From Alkanindiges sp. WGS2144 (lineage in GTDB: Bacteria > Pseudomonadota > Gammaproteobacteria > Pseudomonadales > Moraxellaceae), in the NCBI RefSeq assembly GCF_043950625.1, contig NZ_CP171007.1: a stretch of 32,000 bases of DNA; one strand, written 5' to 3'. Below, in pieces: positions 9,443 to 18,247 of this stretch; positions within the stretch are counted from its first letter, which is position 1; each line of letters opens with the position of its first letter. The translations under genes and the position numbers were made by a program. Below the pieces are notes generated by a model. That model did not search any database. It saw only the letters and a program-made list of their open reading frames with translations, and was not told the DNA's origin.

Positions 9443-11115
9443 GAGCCAGGATTAGGAGGAAGCTGAAAGGTGCCTTGAGCGTCATTGTACCAACTTTCAA
9501 AATCGCTGGCTTTGATGGGACGACTAATCAGATAACCCTGTGCCATATCACAGCCTGCCCTGTCCAGAAACTCATAAATGTCCTGATTTTCCACTCCCTC
9601 AGCAATGGCCTTAATCCCCAGATTATGTGCCAGTGCAATGGCTGCCTCCAGAATATAGGCAGCACCCTGATCTTCTGGCAGACGGCGTACAAAGGACTGA
9701 TCTATTTTAAGTATAGAAATCGGTAGCTGATGCAAATACTGCAAGGATGAATAGCCTGTGCCAAAGTCATCAATGGAAATAAGCACTTTTAACTGGGTTA
9801 GCCGGTTTAGCTCATCAATAGCACGCTGCACATCCATAATCAGTGAGCCTTCAGTAATTTCCAGCTCCAGCAGCTCACCGCACAGGTCATATTGGTTAAG
9901 CAGGTGCATCACATAATCGGTAAAGTCAGCCTGTAATAGATTACGGGTAGAAATATTGACCGAAATACAGACATTAATGCCGGCTTTTTGCCACACAGCC
10001 AATTGTTTTATGGCTTCTTCCAGCACAAACTCGGTAATTACTTCAATCAGCGTGCTTTGTTCTGCCCGTGGAATGAATTTTCCTGGCGGCACACTGCCAT
10101 AATTGGGATGGTTCCAGCGTAGCAAGGCCTCTACGCCATAGATTCTCCCGGTGGCTATCTCAACTTTGGGCTGGTAATGTAGCATGAGCTGCCCGGTTGA
10201 AAGTGCATATTTTAGCTGGCCTAAAAGCTGGATGTTTTCTTCTGTAGCACTGGTAATGGCTGGATCATAGGCAACAATATCCCTTGAAGTTTGCTTGGCC
10301 GCTGTCAGTGCAGCTTCGGCCATGCGCAAGCTGTTTTCAGGTAAATCTTCGGGATTAAGTACACTGTAGCCAATGCGGGTATCAACATGGATATTCACCT
10401 TATTGTACATTACAGGTTCCCGTGCACTTTCCAGCAACTCAACCAACAGTGTTTCCAGTCGGTTAGCCTCAACCCCAAAGAGAAGCGATAACTGTGCAGG
10501 TCCTGTTTGATACACTTTTGCATCATTGCATAATTTTTTAAAGCGCTCAGCCAGCTGAATGACTGTTTGCTCAACCACAACTGAGCCAAAAGCAGATTTG
10601 AGCTCAGTTTCATTATCACAACAGATCATGACCAGCAGCTCTACCCTGTCCGGCTCTGCTGACACCTCAGTTTTCGCAAGGGAGTTAATAAGCGCACAGC
10701 GGTTAGGTAAACGGGTTGAACTATCATGCCTTACCAGCCATCTTAGTTGTCTCTGGTAGGCTTTAGTACTATCGCTGGCTAGCCCTCCCAGAAAGCCAAT
10801 GAGAGTAAACGCACTCAATCGAAACAACCAGTTTACGGTGTTTTGCAGCTCGCCCGTTGTAATATCAATAGGCATCCACGGCCCAACAATTAAACCTGCG
10901 ATGATGCCAGTCAATAATCCACCACGACAGCCAAACACAAACCCCGACAATAAAACCGGAATATATAAGGCATGCACATAACCAAACTTAAGACCACCTG
11001 ACCAACTGACCAAAAAATTACCACCAACCAGTAGGATAATAAGCAATGGTAATGTCACCATACGCATTTGACGCTGATGCTGATCAATCCACTCAAACCA
11101 CTGTTCTTGCCACAT
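9439..11115 (-). CDS. Membrane-anchored c-di-GMP phosphodiesterase (EAL domain) with a degenerate GGDEF domain
   Basis: About 120 aa of polytopic TM N-terminus are followed by a GGDEF-like domain beginning LPNRCAL, where the GG(D/E)EF position reads QTGPAQLSLLF. The EAL domain is intact: EALLRW, NISTRNL, ELEITE, DDFGTGYSSL, KIDQSF, EGVE. Confidence 0.85.
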   Translation of the reverse strand: MWQEQWFEWIDQHQRQMRMVTLPLLIILLVGGNFLVSWSGGLKFGYVHALYIPVLLSGFVFGCRGGLLTGIIAGLIVGPWMPIDITTGELQNTVNWLFRLSAFTLIGFLGGLASDSTKAYQRQLRWLVRHDSSTRLPNRCALINSLAKTEVSAEPDRVELLVMICCDNETELKSAFGSVVVEQTVIQLAERFKKLCNDAKVYQTGPAQLSLLFGVEANRLETLLVELLESAREPVMYNKVNIHVDTRIGYSVLNPEDLPENSLRMAEAALTAAKQTSRDIVAYDPAITSATEENIQLLGQLKYALSTGQLMLHYQPKVEIATGRIYGVEALLRWNHPNYGSVPPGKFIPRAEQSTLIEVITEFVLEEAIKQLAVWQKAGINVCISVNISTRNLLQADFTDYVMHLLNQYDLCGELLELEITEGSLIMDVQRAIDELNRLTQLKVLISIDDFGTGYSSLQYLHQLPISILKIDQSFVRRLPEDQGAAYILEAAIALAHNLGIKAIAEGVENQDIYEFLDRAGCDMAQGYLISRPIKASDFESWYNDAQGTFQLPPNPGS

Positions 11116-11326
11116 CTGCCTTTCCTTTAGAAATGCCAGTCGTGTTTATATCCTTATGCTTTTTTTTGTTTTGGGCAGTCACACGAGTACGCAACCCAGC
11201 CCAGTTTTAAAGCAGCCGCTTAAAACATATACACTTTTTGCAAAACATTACAAGGTTATCTGGTAGAACTCTCTTATATGATTTGTACATTTAACCAGCC
11301 AGTAGTCAGTGTGCTAACCATTCCAA

Positions 11327-11339
11327 CCAAATGATTTGG
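11327..11339. promoter_or_regulatory. Perfect 13-bp palindrome upstream of the thiolase operon (candidate operator)
   Basis: ccaaat-g-atttgg (11327-11339) lies about 90 bp upstream of ATG 11429 in the 313-bp divergent intergenic region. No cognate regulator gene is adjacent. Confidence 0.25.
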
Positions 11340-11428
11340 CATTTCTTGTCATTGCTCAATTGGAGCAAGGCACTACACTCTTTGCCATTATTGTAAAACT
11401 CAATCCACTCATATTAAAGGATCTGGTA

Positions 11429-12634
11429 ATGAGCGAAGCTTATATTTTTGATGCCATTCGCACCCCTCGCGGTAAAGGAAAAAAAGACGGTAGCCTGCAT
11501 GAGGTGAAGCCGATTACTTTACTCACTACACTGATGCACGAACTGGAAAAACGCAACAATCTGGACACCAGCAAGGTTGAAGACGTGGTACTAGGCTGTG
11601 TGACTCCAATTGCCGATCAGGGTGGCGATATTGCCAAAACTGCGGCCATTGCTGCGGGCTGGTCAGATAATGTTTCTGGTGTACAAATTAACCGTTTTTG
11701 TGCTTCTGGTTTAGAGGCCGTTAACCTGGCGGCCATGAAAGTACGTTCTGGCTGGGAAGATTTAGTGGTTGCTGGTGGCGTGGAATCCATGTCGCGTATT
11801 GCTATGGGTTCAGATGGCGGCCCATGGGCACTTGACCCTGAAACTAACCTAAAAGCCGGTTTTGTCCCTCAAGGCGTTGGTGCAGATTTAATCGCCACCT
11901 TGGATGGCTACAGCCGTGCTGATGTGGATGAATTTGCTGCTCATTCTCAGGAAAAAGCCGCTCAAGCACAGGCCGAGGGCCGTTTTGACAAATCAATTGT
12001 TGCAGTTAAAGATGGCGCTGGTGTGACCATTTTAGACAAGGATGAGTTTATCCGCCCAGGTACCACCGCCGAGAGTCTGCAAAAACTTAGCCCCAGCTTT
12101 GAAATGATGGGCAATATGGGCTTTGATGCCGTTGCCTTGCAAAAATATCCCGAAGCGCAAAAGGTCAATCACGTCCATCATGCTGGTAACTCATCCGGTA
12201 TTGTCGATGGTGCCGCACTGGTACTGATTGGCTCTTCAAGGGCAGCCAAGGAATACAACCTAAAACCACGTGCCAAAATTATTGCCACTGCGCTGGTGGG
12301 CACCGACCCCACCATTATGCTGACCGGCCCTGCACCTGCCGCACGTAAAGCTTTAGAAAAGGCTGGCTTAACCATTGATGACATTGACCTGTTTGAAGTG
12401 AACGAAGCCTTTGCGGCAGTGGTGATGCGCTTTATTAATGAGCTAAACGTACCGGCTGAGAAAGTCAACGTAAATGGCGGTGCCATTGCTATGGGCCATC
12501 CATTGGGCGCAACCGGTGCCATGATTTTAGGTACCCTTCTGGACGAGCTGGAGCGTCAGGATAAAAAACGCGGCCTGGCGACTTTGTGTGTGGGTGGTGG
12601 AATGGGGATTGCCACCATTATTGAGCGCGTATGA
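11429..12634 (+). CDS. Acetyl-CoA C-acyltransferase (3-ketoacyl-CoA thiolase)
   Basis: Thiolase catalytic contexts are present: [27 protein letters not shown] and CVGGGMG. ATG 11429 is preceded by AAGGA (11417-11421) at 7 nt. The track's TTG 11336 extension adds a non-homologous 31 aa. Confidence 0.9.
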   Translation: MSEAYIFDAIRTPRGKGKKDGSLHEVKPITLLTTLMHELEKRNNLDTSKVEDVVLGCVTPIADQGGDIAKTAAIAAGWSDNVSGVQINRFCASGLEAVNLAAMKVRSGWEDLVVAGGVESMSRIAMGSDGGPWALDPETNLKAGFVPQGVGADLIATLDGYSRADVDEFAAHSQEKAAQAQAEGRFDKSIVAVKDGAGVTILDKDEFIRPGTTAESLQKLSPSFEMMGNMGFDAVALQKYPEAQKVNHVHHAGNSSGIVDGAALVLIGSSRAAKEYNLKPRAKIIATALVGTDPTIMLTGPAPAARKALEKAGLTIDDIDLFEVNEAFAAVVMRFINELNVPAEKVNVNGGAIAMGHPLGATGAMILGTLLDELERQDKKRGLATLCVGGGMGIATIIERV

Positions 12635-12704
12635 AGTCTAGCTACGTTGCCCCTGCATCGTTAACGCCTTCATTTATTTTCAAAAAATTTTCAGGATTAT
12701 TTTT

Positions 12705-14840
12705 ATGAGCGCTATTAAGTATCAAAAAGATCAGGACAATATTGTCACCCTAACACTGGATTCTACCGGCCAGTCTGCCAACACCATGAATGCTGAATTT
12801 CGTGACAGCATTGCTGACGTCGCAACTAAACTCAAAAACGAAAGCGACTTGGCAGGCGTAATTGTTACCTCGGCCAAAAAAACTTTTTTTGCTGGTGGTG
12901 ATTTAAACGAGCTAATTCAGGTTCAACCGGAAAATGCCACAGCGTTCTTTAACCAGATTGAAGAATTAAAAGCACATATGCGCACCATTGAAACCCTGGG
13001 CAAACCAGTGGTTTCAATTTTAAATGGCACAGCACTGGGCGGTGGCTGGGAAATTGCACTGGCAACCCATCACCGTATTGCTATAAAAGACCCAAAAACC
13101 AAATTTGGCCTGCCAGAAGTCACTTTAGGCCTGCTACCCGGCGGTGGTGGTATTGTGCGTATGGTACGCCTACTGGGCCTGCAAAATGCGTTCCCATTTT
13201 TGATGGAAGGCAAGCAGTTTGATATCAAAAAAGCGGTATCCTTAGGCCTGGTGCATGACACTGCGGATAGCAGCGAAGAAGCACTGGAAAAAGCCCATGC
13301 CTGGATTAAGGCCAACCCTAAATCACAACAGCCATTTGATGTAAAAGGCTACAAAATTCCTGGTGGCGATCCTCGTACGCCTGCCGTGGCTCAGGTGCTA
13401 GCCATTGCCCCGGCCATGCTACGCGACAAAACCAAAGGCTGCTATCCAGCGCCAGAAGCCATTATGAGTGCCGCGGCTGAAGGTGCACAAGTGGATGTGG
13501 ACACTGCGCTACGCATTGAATCTCGTTACTTTACCCAGCTGACCACTGGTCAGGTTGCCAAAAACATGATTGGTACCTTCTGGTTCGGCCTGAACTCCAT
13601 TAAAGCCGGTGCCAGCCGCCCGCAAGGCATTGCACCATGGCAAGCCAAAAAAGTAGCGGTGCTGGGTGCCGGGATGATGGGTAGTGGCATTGCTTATGCC
13701 TGCGCCATCAAAGGCATTCCTGTGGTATTAAAAGATGTATCTCAGGAAGCTGCTGATAAAGGCAAAAGCTATAGCCAAAAGCTGCTGGAAAAACGTGTAT
13801 CGCGTGGCCGCATGACAGCAGAGAAAAAAGATCAGGTATTGGGCTTGATTACCGCCACGGCGGATTATAACGACCTGGCCGGTTGCGACCTGATTATTGA
13901 AGCCATATTTGAAAACCAGCAGTTAAAAGCCCAGGTCACCCAGGAAGCTGAAAAGCATCTGGTTGCAGGGGGTATTTTTGCCTCTAACACCTCGACCTTG
14001 CCCATCTCTGAACTGGCCAAAGCTAGCCGTGATGACACGCATTTTATTGGTCTGCATTTCTTTAGTCCGGTTGATAAAATGCAGCTGGTGGAAATCATCA
14101 AGGGTAAAAACACCAGCGCGGAAACACTAGCACGCGCTTATGACTTTGTGCAGCAAATTGCCAAAACTCCAATTGTAGTGAATGACAGCCGTGGCTTCTT
14201 TACCAGCCGTGTGTTTGGCACCTTCATTCAGGAAGGCATGCGCTTGCTGGCCGAAGGGGTCCATCCCGCAAAAGTGGAAATGGCCGCATTAAAGGCAGGT
14301 ATGCCGGTTGGCCCGCTGGCCATTCAGGACGAAGTGAGCCTGACCCTGACCGAACACATTGGCAATGAAACCCGCAAGGCGCTGGAAGCCGAAGGTAAAT
14401 CCCTGCCTCACTCACCGGTAGAGGATGTGGTGCAGTGGATGATTCATGAGCAAAGCCGTAAAGGTAAAGCAGCAGGTGCCGGTTTTTATGAATACCCACA
14501 AGGCGGCAAAAAACACCTGTGGGAAGGCTTAAAGCATTTCCAGAAAGACAACGACATCACTGAGCAGGAAATGATTGACCGTATCCTGTTTGTACAGGCA
14601 CTGGATACCGTGCGCTGTATGCAAGAAGGTGTGCTGGAATCTGTGGTGGATGCCAACGTGGGTTCTATTTTTGGCATCGGCTTTGCGCCATGGACAGGTG
14701 GCGCTATTCAGTACCTGAACCAGTATGGTCTGGCTAACGCGGTAAAACGTGCTCAGGAACTGGAAGCCAAATATGGCGAGCGCTTTGCAGTACCCCAACT
14801 GCTGGCTGACAAGGCAACCAAAGGCGAGCAGTTTAACTAA
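12705..14840 (+). CDS. Multifunctional fatty-acid oxidation protein: enoyl-CoA hydratase / 3-hydroxyacyl-CoA dehydrogenase (FadB/FadJ-like)
   Basis: The 711-aa product has an N-terminal crotonase fold (FFAGGDLNE, GGGWEIALA) and a central NAD-binding 3-HCDH domain (VAVLGAGMMGSGIA). It lies downstream of the thiolase in an apparent operon. Confidence 0.9.
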   Translation: MSAIKYQKDQDNIVTLTLDSTGQSANTMNAEFRDSIADVATKLKNESDLAGVIVTSAKKTFFAGGDLNELIQVQPENATAFFNQIEELKAHMRTIETLGKPVVSILNGTALGGGWEIALATHHRIAIKDPKTKFGLPEVTLGLLPGGGGIVRMVRLLGLQNAFPFLMEGKQFDIKKAVSLGLVHDTADSSEEALEKAHAWIKANPKSQQPFDVKGYKIPGGDPRTPAVAQVLAIAPAMLRDKTKGCYPAPEAIMSAAAEGAQVDVDTALRIESRYFTQLTTGQVAKNMIGTFWFGLNSIKAGASRPQGIAPWQAKKVAVLGAGMMGSGIAYACAIKGIPVVLKDVSQEAADKGKSYSQKLLEKRVSRGRMTAEKKDQVLGLITATADYNDLAGCDLIIEAIFENQQLKAQVTQEAEKHLVAGGIFASNTSTLPISELAKASRDDTHFIGLHFFSPVDKMQLVEIIKGKNTSAETLARAYDFVQQIAKTPIVVNDSRGFFTSRVFGTFIQEGMRLLAEGVHPAKVEMAALKAGMPVGPLAIQDEVSLTLTEHIGNETRKALEAEGKSLPHSPVEDVVQWMIHEQSRKGKAAGAGFYEYPQGGKKHLWEGLKHFQKDNDITEQEMIDRILFVQALDTVRCMQEGVLESVVDANVGSIFGIGFAPWTGGAIQYLNQYGLANAVKRAQELEAKYGERFAVPQLLADKATKGEQFN

Positions 14841-14862
14841 GCCTCCGCTTTTGGGCATTAAC

Positions 14863-14897
14863 AAAACCGCAGTTTTAACTTAAAGCTGCGGTTTTTT
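14863..14897 (+). terminator. Rho-independent terminator of the thiolase/FadB-like operon
   Basis: aaaaccgcag (14863-14872) pairs with ctgcggtttt (14886-14895). The stem extends inward (ttta/taaa with one T-G pair) to a 3-nt loop and ends in a T6 run (14892-14897). Confidence 0.85.
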
Positions 14898-15130
14898 AAT
14901 ATATATTTAAAAGATATCTTATCAAGTTTAGTAATAACCAACATTTTTATATTTGAGTATTAAAACCCTTGCAGGCTCTGTACAATGCAACGCCTGCTGT
15001 ATTCACTCACCGGTTTTAGATCACTGCTTTTTATCGTCCGGTTTTGCTCAAACTGGTTGTCGGCTATTCGTATCATGCGTGTTTTACTCTTCGTCCTGCA
15101 CTGCACACCATGCAACACGAGGCTCAGCGC

Positions 15131-16708
15131 ATGATTGCATGGCAGCAGTACTCCAAGAAACTGCCAATTTTTCAATTTATTCTGCTTAATATTGCACTGG
15201 GTGCTGGTCACTTTATGGCAGTGCTTAGTGCGGGCGCTTTTTTGCCCATGCTGCCTTATGTGGCCGGAACCATTGGCCAGAGCCTGCCTCTGGCAGTCTG
15301 GGGTCAAAGTAATTATCTGGCGGCTATGGGGCTGGCTTTTTTAATTGCCCGGCCACTCATGAAGCGCTTTGGTGCACGCAACACGGCCATTACTGCCTAT
15401 TTGCTGTTTGCCCTGTCCTGCTGTGATGTGCTGCTCTCCACACCAAACTATAGCGCTTTTGTGCTGGCGCGTACCCTGCAGGGTTTTGCCGCCGGGTTAA
15501 GTATTAGTCCGTCATTGTTTTTGCTGCTGGATCACTATAAACCGCTAAAGCACAAATTTGCCATTGCACTATGGAGTCTGGCGGCGTTCACCCCTTTTTC
15601 AATAGGGCCGGCACTGGGCGGTTTTTTTGCTGATATTGTGGATGAATGGCGCCTGCTGTTTGTAGTGTTCCTGCTGCTATCACTGATCATTACTGCCATC
15701 ATCTGGCTTCTGACGGATGATTCAGTAAATCAGCAGGACAAGCAATATCCTGTGTATAAGCATTTATTTATTTTTGCCTGTTTTGCTACTGCGGTGCTGG
15801 CCTTGCAGGGCTTTTTTAATCTGGGAATTATTACCCTGTTTAATAGCCGCGAGTATGAAGCTTGGCTACTCATTGCAGGCATGCTGTTGTCCGGTTGGTT
15901 ATTCTGGTCATGTAACCGCCTTGGCAACCGGCCTTTGCTGGATTTTTCCCTGTTCAAATATAAAAACTACACCTATGGGCTTATTCTCACCTGCCTGGCT
16001 TTTATGTGCGTGCAAGGCTCTATTGTGCAATACATCATCCGTATGCAAACCATAGATGGCTTTAGTGCCTGGCATGTGGGTCTACTGTTTTTACCTATTT
16101 TTGTGTTGTCCAAACCGTTAAGCATTGTGACCCAGCATTTTGTGCATCGCGGTTATGACCCACGCTTGCTGGCCTGCCTGTCTTTTATTGGCTTTGCCTT
16201 AAGCTTCTGGTGGATTGGCAGTTATAGCCGCCCTGCCAGTTGGCAGTCGTTATTATGGCCACAGTTTCTGGAAGGCGCTGCGCTGGGCATTTTTTTTATT
16301 GCCATGAACCATGTGACCTTAAGCAACGTACCGGAAAAAGAACAATTGCATGCGGTGGATATGCTGAATGCCTTTCGCACCATAAGTGCCGCGCTTGCCA
16401 TTGCCCTGACCGATATTGCCTGGGATCGCTATGCGCTTTATGTGCGTCATCAGCTGATTGCAGCAGATTCCGGCAATATGTCCTGTTTTAATGATTACGC
16501 CACGCAGGCTGATCCTGCCTTTATGCAGCAGCTCTGGCATCAGGTTAACTTACACAGCGGCTGGATTACGTTTAATAGTACCTTTCAGTTACTGGCCATT
16601 GCGTTTGTTATTTTTGCCGTGCTGGTCTGGTTTGCCAGTGCTTCACATATTGTTCATACCGACAAAAAACAGGATCTCATTGTAGAGAGCCTTGGGGAAG
16701 AACCATGA
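15131..16708 (+). CDS. MFS efflux transporter, DHA2 (EmrB/QacA-like) family
   Basis: The product is highly hydrophobic and multi-spanning, colinear with EmrB-type pumps (e.g. LARTLQGFAAGLSISPS, SIGPALGGFFAD, LLDFSLFKYKNYT). The start is uncertain. ATG 15131 has GAGG (15119-15122) 8 nt upstream; ATG 15110 and the track's TTG 15044 lack an SD. Confidence 0.8.
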   Translation: MIAWQQYSKKLPIFQFILLNIALGAGHFMAVLSAGAFLPMLPYVAGTIGQSLPLAVWGQSNYLAAMGLAFLIARPLMKRFGARNTAITAYLLFALSCCDVLLSTPNYSAFVLARTLQGFAAGLSISPSLFLLLDHYKPLKHKFAIALWSLAAFTPFSIGPALGGFFADIVDEWRLLFVVFLLLSLIITAIIWLLTDDSVNQQDKQYPVYKHLFIFACFATAVLALQGFFNLGIITLFNSREYEAWLLIAGMLLSGWLFWSCNRLGNRPLLDFSLFKYKNYTYGLILTCLAFMCVQGSIVQYIIRMQTIDGFSAWHVGLLFLPIFVLSKPLSIVTQHFVHRGYDPRLLACLSFIGFALSFWWIGSYSRPASWQSLLWPQFLEGAALGIFFIAMNHVTLSNVPEKEQLHAVDMLNAFRTISAALAIALTDIAWDRYALYVRHQLIAADSGNMSCFNDYATQADPAFMQQLWHQVNLHSGWITFNSTFQLLAIAFVIFAVLVWFASASHIVHTDKKQDLIVESLGEEP

Positions 16709-16822
16709 CATTGCTGTACTGATTTTAACCTGTAATGCTCAGGTCTGGTTATCCGTACCAGCCACCTGATTTGCACTACAAATTTCCACCACAGCTATCC
16801 GTTTTTACTGCAAGGTACTTTT

Positions 16823-17962
16823 ATGAAAACAAAAACCAAAACACGCTATCGCCGCCTGCCTGTGGCACTGGTTCTGGTTGTTATTATTACGGTGCTTTTG
16901 CTGTCGTACTGGTATTTATTTATGCGCGTGACGGTAAGTACCAACAATGCGTATGTTAATGGCAATATTATTCCGGTACAGGCGCTGGTGGATGGCGTTG
17001 TGGTAAAAATCAATGCCGACAACAGCATGGCTGTACAGGCGGGGCAACCGCTGGTTGAGCAGGAGCAAAACCTGATTCACCAGCAACTGGAAAACAGCAA
17101 GTCAGCGCTGGCACAGGCAGTCCGGCAAACCCGCGGACAATTTGCAGATGTCGAGCAAATCAAGGCCAATATTGCCATGCTGAGCGCCCAGCGCAGCAAG
17201 CTACAGGTCAATATGAACCGCTATAAACAGCTTCGTAGCAGCGGCGCGGTATCTCAGCAGGAATTAAGCGATGCCCAGGCTGATATCCAGATACTGGATC
17301 AGCAAATTGCTGCCAGCCAGGCCAGTCTAAAAAAAGTCAATGCGCTGGTCGCCAAAACCAGCCTGAAAAACAATCCACTGGTTGCCCAGCAAAAAGCCAA
17401 TGTGATTGCCAATTATATCCAGCTTAAACGCTCAACCATTTTATCGCCTGCCAGTGGTTACGTAGCCAATCGCAAGGTACAGGCTGGTCAGCAGGTAAGC
17501 GCCGGCCAACTAATGATGAATATTATCCCCCTTGAAGACTTATGGATTACGGCCAACATCAAGGAAAACCACATGTCGCGGATTCGTACCGGGCAACCGG
17601 TTAAGGTCACTGCCCATATTTATGGCAATGATGTGGAATATCAGGGAGAAGTGATTGGCGTGGAAGCAGCCGGTGGCAGCACCTTTAGCATGTTCCCCCC
17701 TGATACCACCACTGGCAACTATATTCATATTGTTGAGCGGGTGCCCGTGCGTATCAGCTTAAATGCTGCCGAGCTAAAAAACTATCCACTGCGTCCCGGA
17801 ATGTCGGTTACTGTAAACATTGATACTTCCCAATTTGAGCAATTACCGCTACTACAGTCCAAAGTATCTGTTGCCAGCCCCAGCTATGCCACCGATATTT
17901 ATCAAAAAGAGGTTAATAAAGCCATTCAGCTGGCTGAGCAGATTATTCAGGATAATCAGTAG
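16823..17962 (+). CDS. HlyD-family membrane fusion (periplasmic adaptor) protein, EmrA-like
   Basis: The 379-aa product has a single N-terminal TM (LPVALVLVVIITVLLLSYWYLF), a long coiled-coil-prone Q/A-rich middle, and a C-terminal beta-barrel segment (GNYIHIVERVPVRI). AAGG lies 7 nt before the ATG. Confidence 0.85.
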   Translation: MKTKTKTRYRRLPVALVLVVIITVLLLSYWYLFMRVTVSTNNAYVNGNIIPVQALVDGVVVKINADNSMAVQAGQPLVEQEQNLIHQQLENSKSALAQAVRQTRGQFADVEQIKANIAMLSAQRSKLQVNMNRYKQLRSSGAVSQQELSDAQADIQILDQQIAASQASLKKVNALVAKTSLKNNPLVAQQKANVIANYIQLKRSTILSPASGYVANRKVQAGQQVSAGQLMMNIIPLEDLWITANIKENHMSRIRTGQPVKVTAHIYGNDVEYQGEVIGVEAAGGSTFSMFPPDTTTGNYIHIVERVPVRISLNAAELKNYPLRPGMSVTVNIDTSQFEQLPLLQSKVSVASPSYATDIYQKEVNKAIQLAEQIIQDNQ

Positions 17963-18092
17963 CACCTAGTGAAAAGACGATTAAAAAGAGCATATTTTTT
18001 TCTCTGTACCGTTTTTTTAAGTGGCAACTGATGCTATTTTTCAGGCGGTTTCCTGCCTAAACTGCGGGCTTAGCCCTTATAGAGATATACCT

Positions 18093-18221
18093 ATGGCAAG
18101 CCCTGTTAAACCCGATCCCCAAGCAGAAGAAATTTCTATGCGGGTGGTATATATCGCAATTTTGATCGGTGTGGTTTTTACGCTGGTTTTTATGAGTCTG
18201 TTTTATTTTTCAGCCCATTGA
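18093..18221 (+). CDS. Hypothetical small single-pass membrane protein (42 aa from ATG 18093; the track ORF starts at GTG 18021)
   Basis: The only support is an open frame ending in a clean hydrophobic helix (VVYIAILIGVVFTLVFMSLFYF) in an otherwise empty 285-bp gap downstream of the adaptor gene. It has no convincing SD and no homology I can recognise. Confidence 0.2.
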   Translation: MASPVKPDPQAEEISMRVVYIAILIGVVFTLVFMSLFYFSAH

Positions 18222-18247
18222 TTTCTTCTTAACTGAAGTAGCGTCTC

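Noticed and set aside
14953-15307. ORFs 14953-15189 (+, 78 aa) and 14960-15307 (-, 115 aa) in or near the MFS upstream region. Also a ccggtttt direct repeat (about 15010 and 15038) and a gcaggc/gcctgc 6-bp hairpin.
   Set aside because: The ORFs overlap the pump's 5' end, are Cys/His-rich and lack an SD. The stems are only 5-6 bp with long loops, which is too weak to call an attenuator or riboswitch from sequence alone.
16735-16959. A 74-aa ORF overlapping the start of the HlyD-family gene.
   Set aside because: It is out of frame with, and largely inside, a well-supported CDS. It has no independent support.
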